64,000 bases of DNA. It comes from Squalus acanthias. Taxonomy: Eukaryota. Position numbers and translations under genes: made by a program. Of the stretch, positions 36,590-49,719 are shown in pieces (within the stretch, counting starts at the first letter, position 1; each line of letters starts with the position of its first letter). The stretch is from assembly GCA_030390025.1 (NCBI GenBank), contig CM059427.1:189038001-189102000 (forward strand), read 5' to 3'. The notes beneath the pieces are model-generated. The model saw only the letters and a program-made list of their open reading frames with translations. It made no database searches and was not told the DNA's origin.

Positions 36590-37070
36590 CATGTTAGGAA
36601 CACAGGAACAGTAATAGTCCTTTCAGCCCCTCGACCCTGTTCCACCATTTGAGCATTGCCGATCTGTACATCAATTCCATTTACCCAAGTTTGCTCCATA
36701 TGCCTCGATACCTTTATCCAACAAAGATCTGTCATCCTCAGTGTTGATATTTTCAATTGACCTAGAATGAATAGCTTTTTGGGGAAGAGAGTTCCAGATT
36801 TCCAATATCTTTGGTGTGAAGAAATGTTTCCTGACTTCATCCCTAATTGGCCGAGCTCTAATTTTAATGTTATGCTCTCTTGATCTGGACTCCCCCACCT
36901 GAGGACATAGTTTCTCTCTCTCTAACCTATCAAATCCTTTAACCATCTTAAACACCTCAATTAGATTACCCCTTAATCCTCTATAATCAAATAAATACAA
37001 GTGTAGTCTATGCAACCTGTCCTCATAATTTAACATTTTTAGCCCAAGTATTATTCTAGTGAATTGGCAT
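36590..37070 (-). mobile_element. Old CR1 3' fragment
   Basis: LNYEDRL..LRGNLIEVFKMVKG..HFFTPKILEIWNSLP. Confidence 0.75.
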
Positions 37071-37428
37071 CTGAGGTGGTGATGGGCCGTCCCCCCTCCC
37101 AATGACCTCCCTCTCCCACACAGTTTGATATTTAGTCACTCATCTCCCACAGATTCTCCTCAGTCTGGAACAGACAATGGATGAGAAGGGACTCTCCGAA
37201 CTTGGATTAGGAGGCGACGACTCAGCAACCAGATCACACCTCACTTCAGTTGAGGGAATCTCTCTTGACCTCATTTTCATTCACTGTAATACTTCCGTTC
37301 ATTTTGATAAACTATTTGTGACCCAGAATCTGGGGAAGTGAGTCCAGGTTTATTATGAAAGCGAGGAGCAGATCAAAGACCTGAAAGTTTCACACAGAAC
37401 AATCTCAGGCTTTTGCTGAGCCGTCTTG

Positions 37429-37856
37429 TCATGTCCAGAACTGGAGCTGTGCTGGATTCGAAGGGGTTTATCATGTACAGAACTGGAGCTGTGCTGGTTT
37501 CGAAGGGGTTGATCATGTCCAGAACTGGAGCTGTGCTGGATTCGAAGGGCTTTATCAGGTACAGAACTGGAGCTGTGCTGGTTTCGAAGGGGTTAATCAT
37601 GTACAGAACTGGAGCTGTGCTGGATTCGAAGGGGTTTATCATGTACAGAACTGGAGCTGTGCTGGATTCGAAGGGGTTTATCATGTACAGAACTGGAGCT
37701 GTGCTGGATTCGAAGGGGTTTATCATGTACAGAACTGGAGCTGTGCTGGATTCGAAGGGGTTTATCATGTACAGAACTGGAGCTGTGCTGGATTCGAAGG
37801 GGTTTATCATGTCCAGAACTGGAGCTGTGCTGGATTCGAAGGGGTTTATCATGTAC
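37429..37856. repeat. 42-bp minisatellite, about 10 near-identical units
   Basis: Unit tcatgtacagaactggagctgtgctggattcgaaggggttta, head-to-tail, no spacers. Confidence 0.95.
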
Positions 37857-38031
37857 ACAGATCCATTACCTTGGATGCATTTCCATAAATGGTTAAAAGA
37901 ATGGAGTCAAAATGAAAGGAAATATACTCTCCCTATTATTACAACATGGCTAAAGAGGATTAAAAACAGAAAATGCTGGAAAGCACTCAGCAGGACAGGC
38001 AGCATGTGTGGAGAGAGAAAGAGAGTTAATC

Positions 38032-38777
38032 GGGCAAAAATTCGGGTCTCCACGGGTGAGTACGCGCTGTGTGCTCACCCGTAGGGCCACCGGAAGTGTT
38101 GGTTTCGTGCATGCACTGCGCATTCACGGGAAACCGGAACTTCCGGTCTCGTGAAAGAAGGTGATCGAGGGTCAACCGTGTGCGCCGGAGAGGCAGCGCG
38201 CACGCAGCGAATTTCCATTTTTTTTTCAAGTTTCTCCGTGAGGGTAAGTACGGAGAAGCTGCGCAGGAAAAAAGGAGGCGCAAGGCCTGCTTTTAACAAG
38301 GTAAGTGGTGAATTAAATACAATTTAAACATTTTTTCAACAGGTTTATCTTTTTTACATACTTTAAAGAAAGGTAAGTTTATTTTTAGCACCGTTAAAAA
38401 GTATAAATAATGTTTGCAAAAATTTAAATTTTTGTTTAAAGTAGTTAATTTATGTAATTTATCGTTATTTTAAAAATGTGATGATTTTTTAAAATTTATT
38501 TGAAGTTTTAGTTAGGTTTTGGGGGGTGATCTCTATTCATAGATTTGACAGGTCTTCCTGTCAAAATCTATGAATGGAGATTCCCTGCTCCGATTGGCTC
38601 TCCATGGCCCACGTGATCTGAGGGGACGCTTCGAACTAACTGCGCCCCTGGGATATGCAAGCACTGCGCGCCGGCAGCTGCAGGAGGCCCAGGAGCCGAA
38701 GTCCACGCGGGCCCAAAGCACAACGGCTGGCGCGGTAGGTAAGGACGCGGCGATCCTTGCACCCAATGTTTCAGCTC
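38032..38777. mobile_element. Harbinger-type MITE family M1
   Basis: Reverse-orientation homolog of 41666-42429; inserted within a short repeat remnant (~37960-38920). Confidence 0.8.
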
Positions 38778-40059
38778 GATGATCTTTCAACAGAACTGGC
38801 AGATGTTAGAGATTTAACAGTTTTTAATCATTTAGAGAGCCAGAGAAAAGAGGGGGAGGAAAGAACAAAGGGAAGGTCTGTGATAGGGTGGAAGGCAGGA
38901 GTGATTCAATGACAAAAGGAAACACTTTCCCATTCCATTCCAAACCAATCTCTTCATCACAATCTATCAGTACAATCAGCAAACAATTGATTATCAGGGC
39001 TTTTAAATGATTGTTAAGGATAAATTAGTAAAACATTCCCAAAGCTGCAATCATTCCCACTTTATTTTGCATATTTTCTGTACCACAACTTTTATTCATG
39101 CTGTTTCTTTTCTGTTAATCTTTTAGTTGCGCTCTGCTGCAAACAATTCCCTGGGTGGGAGCATGGAGACAACCTTCTCCGGAGATTCCGTGATCTCGTT
39201 GTGTGAACAGGTGCTGGGAGGTGCAGGGGAGACGCCCATATTTACTGAGCCGAGTTTCATTCCTTCTCATTTGGAGCAGCTCAGCTCCATTGAGCTCCTC
39301 TGCAGAGAGAGTCCAGCTGAGATCACTCACTGGGGACCCACAGTCACAAATCCACGTCCCAACACTTCAAGCTCCACACACGGCTGCAGCACTGGGTCAC
39401 CGTCAGTCCCTACAATTATAAAACTGTGTCCCCAGCCTGGAGCCTCACCGGCCACGAGTGGAGATCAGGAATTCAGCCCAACGTTTGCACGATGTTCCAC
39501 CCATTGCAATTTCATACCGTGACCTGGAAAGTTAGTACTTGTAAAGTAAAATAACAGATACTGAGACTGGGATCTGTAAGATCTTAATGATCTCTCAGAG
39601 TTCTTGGACAAGACACCAATAGGCAGGAGCCAGTATGCTTGAGCAATAGATCAAGATTTATTAAGCTTAAAGCGCAATCAATACTTAACAAAAGATGATA
39701 GTTTTAACGAGTAGATCACAGCCCTTGGTCTTGGGAACCTCTCGGACACAGATGACATCGTCTTAAATATATTCCTTTGTTCTTGCAGTAAGTTTGTGTA
39801 AAGTTGTTCTTTGAGTGTCAAGGATTTAATCCTTTTCTTATTAAAATTTAGTTTGGCCAGTGTCTATATATGGTCTTTAACAAAATCACCTTTTTTAATT
39901 GGTTCTAATGGTCAAAATACCATTGTCACTCAGACTAAGGTAACATCCCGCCTTGCAGTATTTTTCCATCAACCCTATCCTTCTGTCTTGTTATCTTGTT
40001 TATAGATTCTCCACTCCATTGGAATTTACCATATCTCGGAGTGCAGCTTGGAACAGAGT

Positions 40060-40975
40060 GTAAACGTGCGAGTTTGGTGAGTAAGGAAGTTCGGTGAGGA
40101 GGAGACAGAGCTGCTCCTTTCTTCGTTTTCTATCTTTGTCAGACTCCAGGAGAACAGGAGATAAAAATCTGCATGAGAGGGAACAGAGAAACAGTGGGAG
40201 TTCGGCTCTGTGAAACCCCCCAAACGCCTTCAGAGAAAAATAAAAGGTGACATCACAGGGAAAAGGCAGAGGCAGCGGACCTGAGCCGGAGCGAGAGCGG
40301 AGGCAGAGCAAATAAATAGCGTGGCAGAGGAAGGCCCAAGAGCGGAGGCAGCGGACCTGACAACAAAAACAAGGAATGACGTCACAGGAAAGCAGGGAAG
40401 TGATTGGTTGGTCAGTATTTCTCTCCTTTCTTGGGCATTGGTTTAAATTAAGAGCTGGGATTAAAAACTAAACGTTCAAAACTTAAACACTTAATTAATT
40501 AAATCCATTAGAGATGGCAGGGCAGGATATGTGTTACTTCTGCAACATGTGGGAGCTGGGGGAGACCATTGAGGTCCACAGCGACCACATTTGTAGTAAG
40601 TGTTGGCTGCTCGAGGAACTTCGGCTCCATGTTGATGAGCTGGAGTCCGAGCTTCAAACACTGCGACACATCACAGAGGGGGAGAGTTACATGGACGCTT
40701 TGTTCCAGGAGGCAATCACACCACTTAGATTAATTAATTCAAATTTGGTCCGCGGTCAGGGCCAGGTGGGTGTGACTACGAGCAAGGCAGGTATGGGGAC
40801 CCAGGAGGTAGTGGTGGAGGAGCCTCAGCCCTTGCTCTTGTCCAACAGTTACGTGGTTCTTACTCTCTGTGAGGGCGAGAGCAAGGATTGCAGTGAGGTT
40901 CTGCTGAGAGAGTATGAGCAGCTAGGGGCTAAATTAAAAAGCAGAACCACAAAGGTAATAATCTCTGGACTACTA
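40060..40975 (+). mobile_element. CR1 5'UTR plus internally deleted ORF1
   Basis: MAGQDMCYFCNMWE..HICSKCWLLEELRLHVDELE.. joined to LGAKLKSRTTKVIISGLL. Confidence 0.75.
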
Positions 40976-41574
40976 CTTAGCATCATAATATATTATTTAA
41001 CAATTTAACCTTCACTCGCAGACTGTGGCTGTTTGTTATCAAAAATAGTCAAAACTGCTTTTGACTGTCTTTGCAGCTGCATTTTGAACAAGTCTTAGCT
41101 TATTAGTTACCCAGGAGTAATTATAGGTAATATTATTTGGTCAATGACTACACTTGAATTTATACGTATATGATTCTCGTCTAATAAATATCTCTAAATA
41201 TCAGCCTTTCATGCAGAACTATTGAACTGTACACTTCGGAATATAAACTAATCTAGCTACATAAAAAATGACCACAAAATAAATCCAGAATAAAACCACA
41301 AATCTATTTCAAAAATTTCCCCAAGATGGATCGAACTAGTTTCCAGAGACAACAGTTCTCGATGGGCACAGGCACGATGGGCTGAATGGCATCCTTCTGT
41401 GCTGTATCAGTCATTCTATGATCTCAGATCAGTATCGGAGTTCAGGGTCTGTATTGCGACAGCTCCTTGTGAATCATCTGTTTCATTTCCTGTCGCATCG
41501 TGTGGATTCCCGCTGTTCGATATCTGACAAGGGGCAAGAAATGTGCTTTAAATAAAGAGCTTATTCTTCAATAA

Positions 41575-43735
41575 TAAACAACGACTACCTTTATTTATAT
41601 AGTGTCTTTAACGTAATAAAACATCCCAAGGCGCTTCAGAGGAGCGTTTTCAAAATAAAAACAATGGGCCAGAAATTCAGCTTTCCGGCTTCCTGCGGGT
41701 GCAAGCACCACGCACGTACTTGCCTACCGCGCCTGCAGTTGTGCTTTGGAACCACGAGGACTTCGGGTCCTGGGCCTCCTGCAGCTGCCGGCGCGCAGTG
41801 CTTGTGTATCCCAGGGGCGCAGTTAGTTCGAAGCGTCCCCTGGGATCACGTGGGCCATGGAGAGCCAATCCTAGCAGGGCATTTTCATTCATAGATTTGA
41901 CAGGAAGACCTGTCAAATCTATGAATAGATATCGGCCCCAAAACCACACTTAAACTTCAAATAAATTTTAAAAATACATCATGTTTTTAAAATAACTATA
42001 AGTTAAATAAATTAACTACTTTAAACAAAAATTTAAATTTTTGAAAAAATTCATTATACTTTTTAACGGTGCTAAAAATAAACTTACCTTTCTTTAAAGT
42101 ATCTAAAAAAGATAAACCTTTTTAAAAAATGTTTAAATTATAATTAATTAACCACTTACCTTGTTAAAAACAGGCCTTGCGCCTCCTTTTTAAAAGCGCA
42201 GCTTCTCCATACCTACCTTCCCGGAGAAACATGAAAAAAAACCTGAAGTTCGCTGCGTGCGCGCAGCCTCTCCCGCGCACGCGTTCAACTTCTGAACCCC
42301 TCCCTTCAGGGGAACGGAAGTTCCGGTTTCCTGTGCATGTGCAGTGCATGCAGGAAACCGGCACTTCAGATGGCCTTACGGGTGAGTACACAGCGCGTAC
42401 TCACCCGACAAGAGCCGAATTTCTGGCCCAATATTTGACACCGAGCCACATAGGAGATGTTAGGCCAAATGACCAAAAGCTTGGCCGAAGAGGTAGGTTT
42501 TAAGGAGAGTCTTAAAGGAGGAAAGAGACGTAGAGAGATGGAGAGACTTAGGGAGGGAATTCCAGAGCTTAGGACCTAGGCAGCTGAAGGCACGACCGCC
42601 AATAGTGGAGCATTTAAAATTGAGGATGTTCAGAAGTCCAGAAGAGGTAGAGCGCAGAGGTCTAGGGGGATTATAGGGCTGGAGGAGATTACAGAAATAA
42701 GGAGGGGTGAGGCTATGGAGGGATTTGAAAACAGGATGAGAATTTTAAATTCTAGGCATTGCTTAACTGGGAGCCAATGTAGGTCAGCATGCACAGGGGA
42801 GATGGGTGATCAGGACTAGAGGCGAGTTAGCACACAGGTGGCAGAGGTTTGGAGGACCTCAGGTTTATGGAGGGTAGAACTAGGGATGCCGGCCAAAAGT
42901 CAAGTCTAGAGGTGATAAAGGCATGGATTAGGGTTTAAGAAGCAGATAAGATGAGGTAAGGGCGGAGATATTACGAAGGTGGAAATGGGCAGTCTTAGCG
43001 ATAGAGCGGATATGAGGTAGGAAGCTCAATTCGTGATCAAATATGACTCCAAGGTTGCGAACAGACTTGGTCAGCCTTAGACAGTTGCTGGGGAGAGAGA
43101 TCGAATCAGTGGAAAGGGAATGGAGTTTGTGGCGTGAACAGAAGACAATGGCTTCGGTCTTCCCGATATTTAATTGGAGGAAATTTGTACTCATCCAGTG
43201 CTGGATGTCGGACAAGCAGTCTGATAGTATAGACATGGGGGAGGGTTCAAGAGAGGTGGAGGAGAGGTAGAGCTGGGTATCATCAGCATACATATAAAAA
43301 TTCACGTTGTGTTGGCGGATGATGTCACCGAGGGGCAGCATGTAGATGAGAATTAGGAGGGGGCCAAGGATAGATCCTTGGGGGACACCAGAGGTGACAG
43401 TGCAGGATCGGGAAGAGAAGCCATTGCAGGTGATTTTATGGTTACAGCTGGAAAGTTAGGAATTAAACCAGGCAAGTGTAGTCCCATCTAGCTTGATGAT
43501 GGTGGAGAGGCTTTGGAGCAGAATTGTGTGGTCAACCCTGACAAAGGCTGCGGACAGGTACAGAAGGACGAGAAGGGCTAGATTACCTTTGTCGCAGTCA
43601 ATGAGGATGTCATTTGTGACCTTGGTAAGAGCAGTTTCAGTACTGTGGCAGGGGCGGAAGCCCGATTAGAGAGATTCAAACAAGGAGTTCTGGGAAATAT
43701 GGGCACGGATTTGGGAAGCAACAACTCATTCAATA
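41575..43735 (-). mobile_element. L2 LINE 3' part, interrupted by a MITE
   Basis: MLPLGDIIRQHNVNFYMYADDTQLY..NIGKTE..VRNLGV; L2-type tail at ~41580-41640. Confidence 0.85.
41666..42429. mobile_element. Harbinger-type MITE family M1, complete (764 bp)
   Basis: Perfect 13-bp TIR gggccagaaattc/gaatttctggccc; 3-bp TSD AAT. Confidence 0.9.
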
Positions 43736-43988
43736 GTTTTGAATTAAAGTGTTGTCCTGACCAGAGTGGCAGAATACAGATTCACACCTGAGATTCCCCA
43801 GGTGGTGAGTTCCCAATCTCGGCTGTGCTGTCTGGGGAGACATTAACCATCAAGGTGTGAGACAGCCACAGATCTGTAACTGGTATCTAGTAAAAAAAAA
43901 CTATTTTGACAAGGTGCAATTTTGTTGAAACTATTAATGTTTAACAGTGTTACCATGCATGTTTTTGAAAGTTTTGTGTGTTGTTGTA

Positions 43989-44454
43989 GGGCTGGATTTT
44001 CATAGGGCCGTGGAGGCGGGTTTGGAGGCGTGTGGGGGGTTAAAATTGCGAAAAGTGGCGGGCCGACCTGATCCCGCCTCCATTCCGCCTCCACGCAATT
44101 TTGATAAAATCGTGTGCGGTGTTCCCGTCTCCGTCCCGCCTCCAAGAGGCGGGAGAGGCCATTAAAGCCCTTAACAAGCCCTAAATTGGCTTTGTAATGC
44201 CATTTTGAAACGTTTTAACTAGTTTAACCCTTTTCCGACGTGAAGCACGCCTGATGTGAAACACGCGAGTGAAACCTGGCGGGAGCACAAGTGGATAGCT
44301 GACTATCAGCTGCAGGTCCACTATTACAACGGAGATGTGATGAAGGTAGTAGTAGTATTAGGTCTGAAAGTCACCTCTGATGCTGCTGCATTGAATGTCT
44401 TCAGAGACTGCTTGGCCTTTGCTGTGAGAGGACCTGGATGCAAAAAAATTCTCA

Positions 44455-44491
<37 letters not shown>

Positions 44492-44756
44492 CTGCTGCTC
44501 ATTTTGCATCCAGGTCCAATCACAGCAAAGGCCAGGCAGTCTCTGAAGACCTTCAATGCAGCAGCAATGATGACATCATCAGAGGCGACTTTCAGACTGA
44601 AACCACTAATTGGTTCATGGGTTCCCACATGCTGGAACTCAATTGCCCAATTAAGTGAAAATTGCATCAATCTCCCACATCCAATTGCAGTCGGGTGGAT
44701 AACACGAAATGCGGATGACACGACCCCAACCCGCCCCAGTATCAAAATCCAATCCC
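43989..44756. mobile_element. Harbinger MITE related to the 53545-58081 element
   Basis: TIR gggctggatttt/aaaatccaatccc; TSD GTA; both subterminal regions match the ends of 53545-58081 in reverse. Confidence 0.82.
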
Positions 44757-46685
44757 GTAATGTTTATATATGGTACATTTAATTTAATATTTTATTTCAA
44801 AATCTTAATTAATATAATATTGTAACGCTTGATGAGGTGAACAATTTCATCAGTAGACAGACTCCTAGTATAATGATTCTCTACTGGGTCATCTCCTATG
44901 GCATTGATCATGGTCAAGGTTATCAAACCTAATTTTAAACTATTAAACAGAACATTGAATGTGATTTACCATGTTATCCCCTAATCATTTGTCTTTAGTT
45001 TACTCTCCATATCAATCGATTTCTGCCCAAGGCCTGCCGGCGTGATGCTAATGAGGCCTGTCTGTCAACATGGACCGGGCCTGCCGTCAGCACCATCGGG
45101 CGGCCGTCCATCGCCCTCCCGCTCCACCGGTCAGACACCCGATAGTTCACATCGACCCCAAGTTCCTCTGGCGGGGTTTCTAGTGTGGGAGCGAACGCAG
45201 GATCCACGCACTGTGCTGCTCGGTGTGAAACCTTGCCGTGTAATATTGCTGAGCCTATTATTAACACTCAGTGCGTGGACAGGTGCTGTTGAGGTGGTGA
45301 ATTGCTGTCTGGTGCCTATCACGGATACTCTGTCGGAATTCCCACTGCTCAGTGAATCACAAGACCTGTGTGAGAATCCGGCATAAATAATTACACATAA
45401 ATAAAGAAAAGGGATGAGGGAAGATAGTCGATCCCTCCAGTTAATCCTTCGATGTAATCTTACAGTCTCATCATCACAGCATCCAACTGCCTCTTATACG
45501 AGTCAAGAGATTTTGCTCCAGACCAATATTTTTTGTTCCATACATTATCTTATAAAGCTCTTTAAGGTCCCCTTTCATTCCTCTGCTTTTAAATCTGCAG
45601 GTTCCAAGTCCGAGAAATTTAACCTTCACCCAAAATGGGTGGTAAAATGGCGAAGTAATTGCTTTGAGCGCCGGTCCCTGCCGGTCTGGGGCCCTTATTT
45701 GTATTAAGCAGACGATCTGCAGATGGCAATCGGGCGCCCGATGCAGGTCACCAGTGGGGGTCTGATGAATTCCAGCCAGCTTCGATGCTGAACCAGCCCA
45801 CAGGTAGGTCCTTGGGGAGCCAAACCCGTGGGCTTGTGTGGGGATCGAACCCAGGCCGCAGTATTATTGTGGAGCCAGGAGAAGCACTCCATCTCCCCCT
45901 GGCTCCACAGAAATGTAACTGTTAAAAGGTTTTCCGGCAATTTCTTGAGCGGCCTCCAACGGTCCTGTTAAACACCAGTGGTTCATCCACTCAAAACCTG
46001 GTACAGTGAGCTGGAGCTGGCCCGGCATAAGCTCCGCCCATCTGTACACCAATTTCAATCGGGGTCCTCCAGTTGGCATTAGGACCCAGAATTGCATGTG
46101 CAAGACGCCTAAAGCCTGTTTCAGGAGGCCACCCAGAGCCTCGAGTTTCCTGCTCTTGTGTTCACAATGCACGAGCCCTCAGTTAGAATGAGAGTGATGA
46201 GGCTCCGATGTGTCCAGGATGAGTTGAGACAGGCAGAGAAGAAGAGTTTCTCTGAGCCTGAAGAGTGCAGACTTACAATTGCAATTTTTGCAGCTGTGAA
46301 TTGTTTTTTGCTGTGATTTATTTTTAACAATCTGCCTAAAGATTCGGATTGATTTGGGGTCTGAAAACCAATGGAAACGGCTTCTGGACCATTTTTGCTG
46401 TAAAAATAAATGCTTGCCGTGTCTCAATGCGTATCTGAGACATCCGGACCGGGAAGGTTCCAAACTCGATCCCAGGCTGTGCTGAGTTATCTGAGGGGAG
46501 ATTTTCTGAGGCTCTCCCCAGTGATAGAGCCTCACACACAGCCCGTGCTGATCAGAAAATCATGGGCGGCGAGACAGGAAACATACTCTTCCCTCTCCTT
46601 ACTCTCTGACCAGGCCACATGCCTTCAGCCTCCATATCTCAATCTGCACACTCCTTCCAACCTTCCCATAGAATTTTGACTTTGA

Positions 46686-48868
46686 AATAGAAACATAGAA
46701 ACATAGAAGATAGGAGCAGGAGTAGGCCATTCGGCCCCTCGAGCCTGTTCCGCCATTTAATGAGATCATGGCAGATCATCCAAATTCAGTACCCTGTCCC
46801 TGCTTTCTCCCCATATCCCTTGATCCCTTTAGCCTTAAGAAATATATCTAACTCCTTCTTGAATATATTTAATGAATTGGTCTCAACTGCCTTGTGTTGT
46901 GGAGAATTCCACAGGTTCACCACTCTCTGGGTGAAGAAATTCCTCCTCATCTCAGTCCTAAATTGCTTACCCCTTATCCTTAGACTGTGACCTCTGGTTC
47001 TGGACTCCCCCACCATCGGGAATATCCTTCCTGCATCTAGTCTGTCTAGTCCTGTTAGAATTTTATAAGTTTCAATAAGATCCCCTCTCATTCTTCTAAA
47101 CTCCAGTGAATATAAGCCTAATCGACCCAATCTCTCCTCATACATCATTCCTGCCATCCCAGGTATCAGTCTGGTGAATCTTCGCTGCACTTTCTCCATG
47201 GCAAGAACATCCTTCCTCAGATAAGGTGACCAAAATTGCACACAATACTCAAGGTGTGGTCTCACCAAGGCCTTGTACAACTGCAGCAAGACATCCTTGC
47301 TCCTGTACTCGAATCCTCTCGCCATGAAGGCCAACATACCATTTGCCTTCTTAACCGCCTGCTGCACTTGCATGCTTACCTTCAGCGACTGGTGCACAAG
47401 GACATCCAGGTCTCGTTGCACTTCCCCTTTTCCCAATCTATTGCCGTTCAGATAATAATATTTTTTCCTGTTTTTGCCACTGAAGTGGATAACCTCGCAT
47501 TTATCTACATTATACTGCATTTGCCATGCATCTGCCCAATCACCCAACCTGTCCAAATCATACTGGAGTTTCTCTGCATCCTCCTCACAGCACACATGCC
47601 CACCCAGCTTTGTGTCATCTGCAAACTTGGAGATATTACATCTAGTTCCCTCGTCTAGATTATTTATATATATTGTGAATAGCTGGGGTCCTAGCACCGA
47701 TCCCTGCGGTACCCCACTAGTCACTGCCTGCCACTCGGAAAAAGACCCGTTATTCCAACTCTTTGCTTCCTGTCTGCCAAAAAGTTCTCTTTCCAAGACA
47801 GTACCTTACCCCCAATCCCGTGTGCTTTAACTTTGCACGCTGATCTCTTATGCGGGACCTTATCGAAAGCCTTCTGAAAGTCTAAATACACCACATCCAC
47901 TGGTTCTCCCTTATCTATTCTACCAGTTACATACTCAAAAAATTCCAGTAGATTAGTCAAGCATGATTTACCTTTTGTAAATCCATGTTGACTTTCTCCG
48001 ATCCTGTCACTGTTTTCCAAGTGCTCTGCTATTACATCTTTTATAATGGACTCTAGCATTATCCCCACTACCGATGTCAGACTTACCGGTCTATAATTCC
48101 CCTTTTTCTCTCTGCCACCTTTTTTAAATAGTGGGGTTACATTAGCTATCCTCCAATCCATGGGAACTGTTCCAGAGTCTATAGAATTTTGGAAGATGAC
48201 CAGCAATGCATCTACTATTTCTAGGGCCACTTCCTTAAGTACCTTAGGATGTAGATTATCAGGCCCTGGGGATTTATCGGCCTTCAATCCCGTCAATTTC
48301 CCTAACACCATTTCCCTACAAATTCTGATTTCATTCAATTCCTCCCTCTCATTATACCCTATGTTCCCCGACATCTCTGGGAGGTTATTTTTATCCTCCT
48401 TTGTGAAGACAGAACCAAAGTATGTATTTAATTGGTCCGCCATTTCTTTGTTCCCCATTATAAATTTCCCTGATTCTGACTGCAAGGGACCTACAATTGA
48501 CTTCACCAATCTTTTTCTCTTCACATATCAATAAAAGCTTTTACAGTCAGTTTTTATGTTCCCTGAAAGCTTACTCTCATAATCTATTTTCCCCCTCTTA
48601 ATTAATCCCTTTGTCCTTCTTTGCTGAATCCTAAACTGCTCCCAATCCTCAGGTTTGCTGCTTTTTCTGGCCATATTATATGTCCTCTCCTTGGATCTTA
48701 TGCTATCCCTAATTTCCCTTTTTACCCACGTTTGAGTCACCTTTTTTGTTTTATTTTTATGCCAAACAGGGATTAACAAATTCTGTAGTTCATCCGTACG
48801 ATCTTTAAATGTTTGCCATTGCCTATCCACCATCAACCCTTTAAGTAATGTTCCCCAATCCATCCTAG
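46686..48868 (-). mobile_element. CR1 ORF2, 5'-truncated, frameshifted
   Basis: ORFs 48528-48863, 47721-48524 and 46786-47796; (tttctatg) tail. Confidence 0.9.
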
Positions 48869-49052
48869 GATGGAAATCAATGGAAATGAAAATTAGGAGA
48901 GATGTATAATGGGTGTCTGATCCGATACCGCTCGTTTATCTCTATCACACAAAGTCAATGTGGAGGCTGTTAGCAATAGTGGAGGGAAATAGGACACAAA
49001 GGATGAGGGGTCATCTCTGACAAAAAGAACAGTCAGTGACAATAATTTTCTA

Positions 49053-49683
49053 AAATGAGAAGTCGCACAACACCAGGTTATAGTCCAACAGATTTATTTA
49101 AAATTACAAGCTTTCGGAGCTGTCGCCAGTCCCAGTCCCAGTCGGGGAACACTTCAGCAGTCAAGGGCATTCAGCCTCGGATCTGCGGGTTCGCGTTCTC
49201 CAAGGCGGCCTTCGTGATACACGACAACGCAAAATCATCGAGCAGAAACTGATAGCCAAGTTCCGCACTCATGAGGATGGCCTCAATCGCGATATCGGGT
49301 TCATGTCACGCTATAGAACGTGACTTGACATCTTTGCCGGTCTTTCCAGTTTTAAAAAAAAACACAAGAAACAAACACAAAAAATGGAGAGGATATGCAG
49401 CCAGCAGGTGTTCTGACGCATTGGACCCCCTGGGACACATCTCATTGTCTTGGCTGTGCTCTTAGTGTGTCTTTGATGTAGGGAAAGATTTAATCTATGC
49501 ATTTTCTCCGTGTTTTTATATTCTGTGAATTCTGATAGATTCTCTCACAGTAACTTTGCCTGACGAAGGGGCGACAGCTCCGAAAGCTTGTAATTTTAAA
49601 TAAATCTGTTGGACTATAACCTGGTGTTGTGCGACTTCTCATTTTTGTCCACCCCAGTCCAACGCCGGCATCTCCGCATCATG
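49053..49683 (+). mobile_element. Short Penelope insertion: inverted pLTR piece plus GIY-YIG C-terminus and pLTR
   Basis: 12-bp TSD aataattttcta (49041-52, 49684-95); PVGEHFSSQGHSASDLR..EQKLIAKFRTHEDGLNRD. Confidence 0.88.
49556..49593 (+). ncRNA. Minimal hammerhead ribozyme motif, second Penelope subfamily
   Basis: UUGC-CUGACGA-A-GGGGC..GCUCC-GAAA-GC-UU-GUAA; stem I covaries relative to 30401-30444. Confidence 0.72.
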
Positions 49684-49719
49684 AATAATTTTCTATTGAG
49701 CACAAACCCTGAGTCACTT

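Noticed and set aside
37200-37380. Minus-strand cytoplasmic exon with an IVYQN tyrosine motif
   Set aside because: An in-frame TGA lies just after the only plausible acceptor
37373-38084. Repetitive ORFs (161 and 223 aa) or a CRISPR-like array
   Set aside because: Pure head-to-tail 42-bp minisatellite with no unique spacers; the ORFs follow from a stop-free unit divisible by 3
39127-39522. 131-aa plus-strand ORF after a polypyrimidine-AG
   Set aside because: No recognisable domain, no partner exons, non-ATG start
39540-41236. Possible fourth solo LTR around the CR1 ORF1 fragment
   Set aside because: AT-rich LTR-like texture and TG/CA candidates exist, but no TSD fits TG..CA termini
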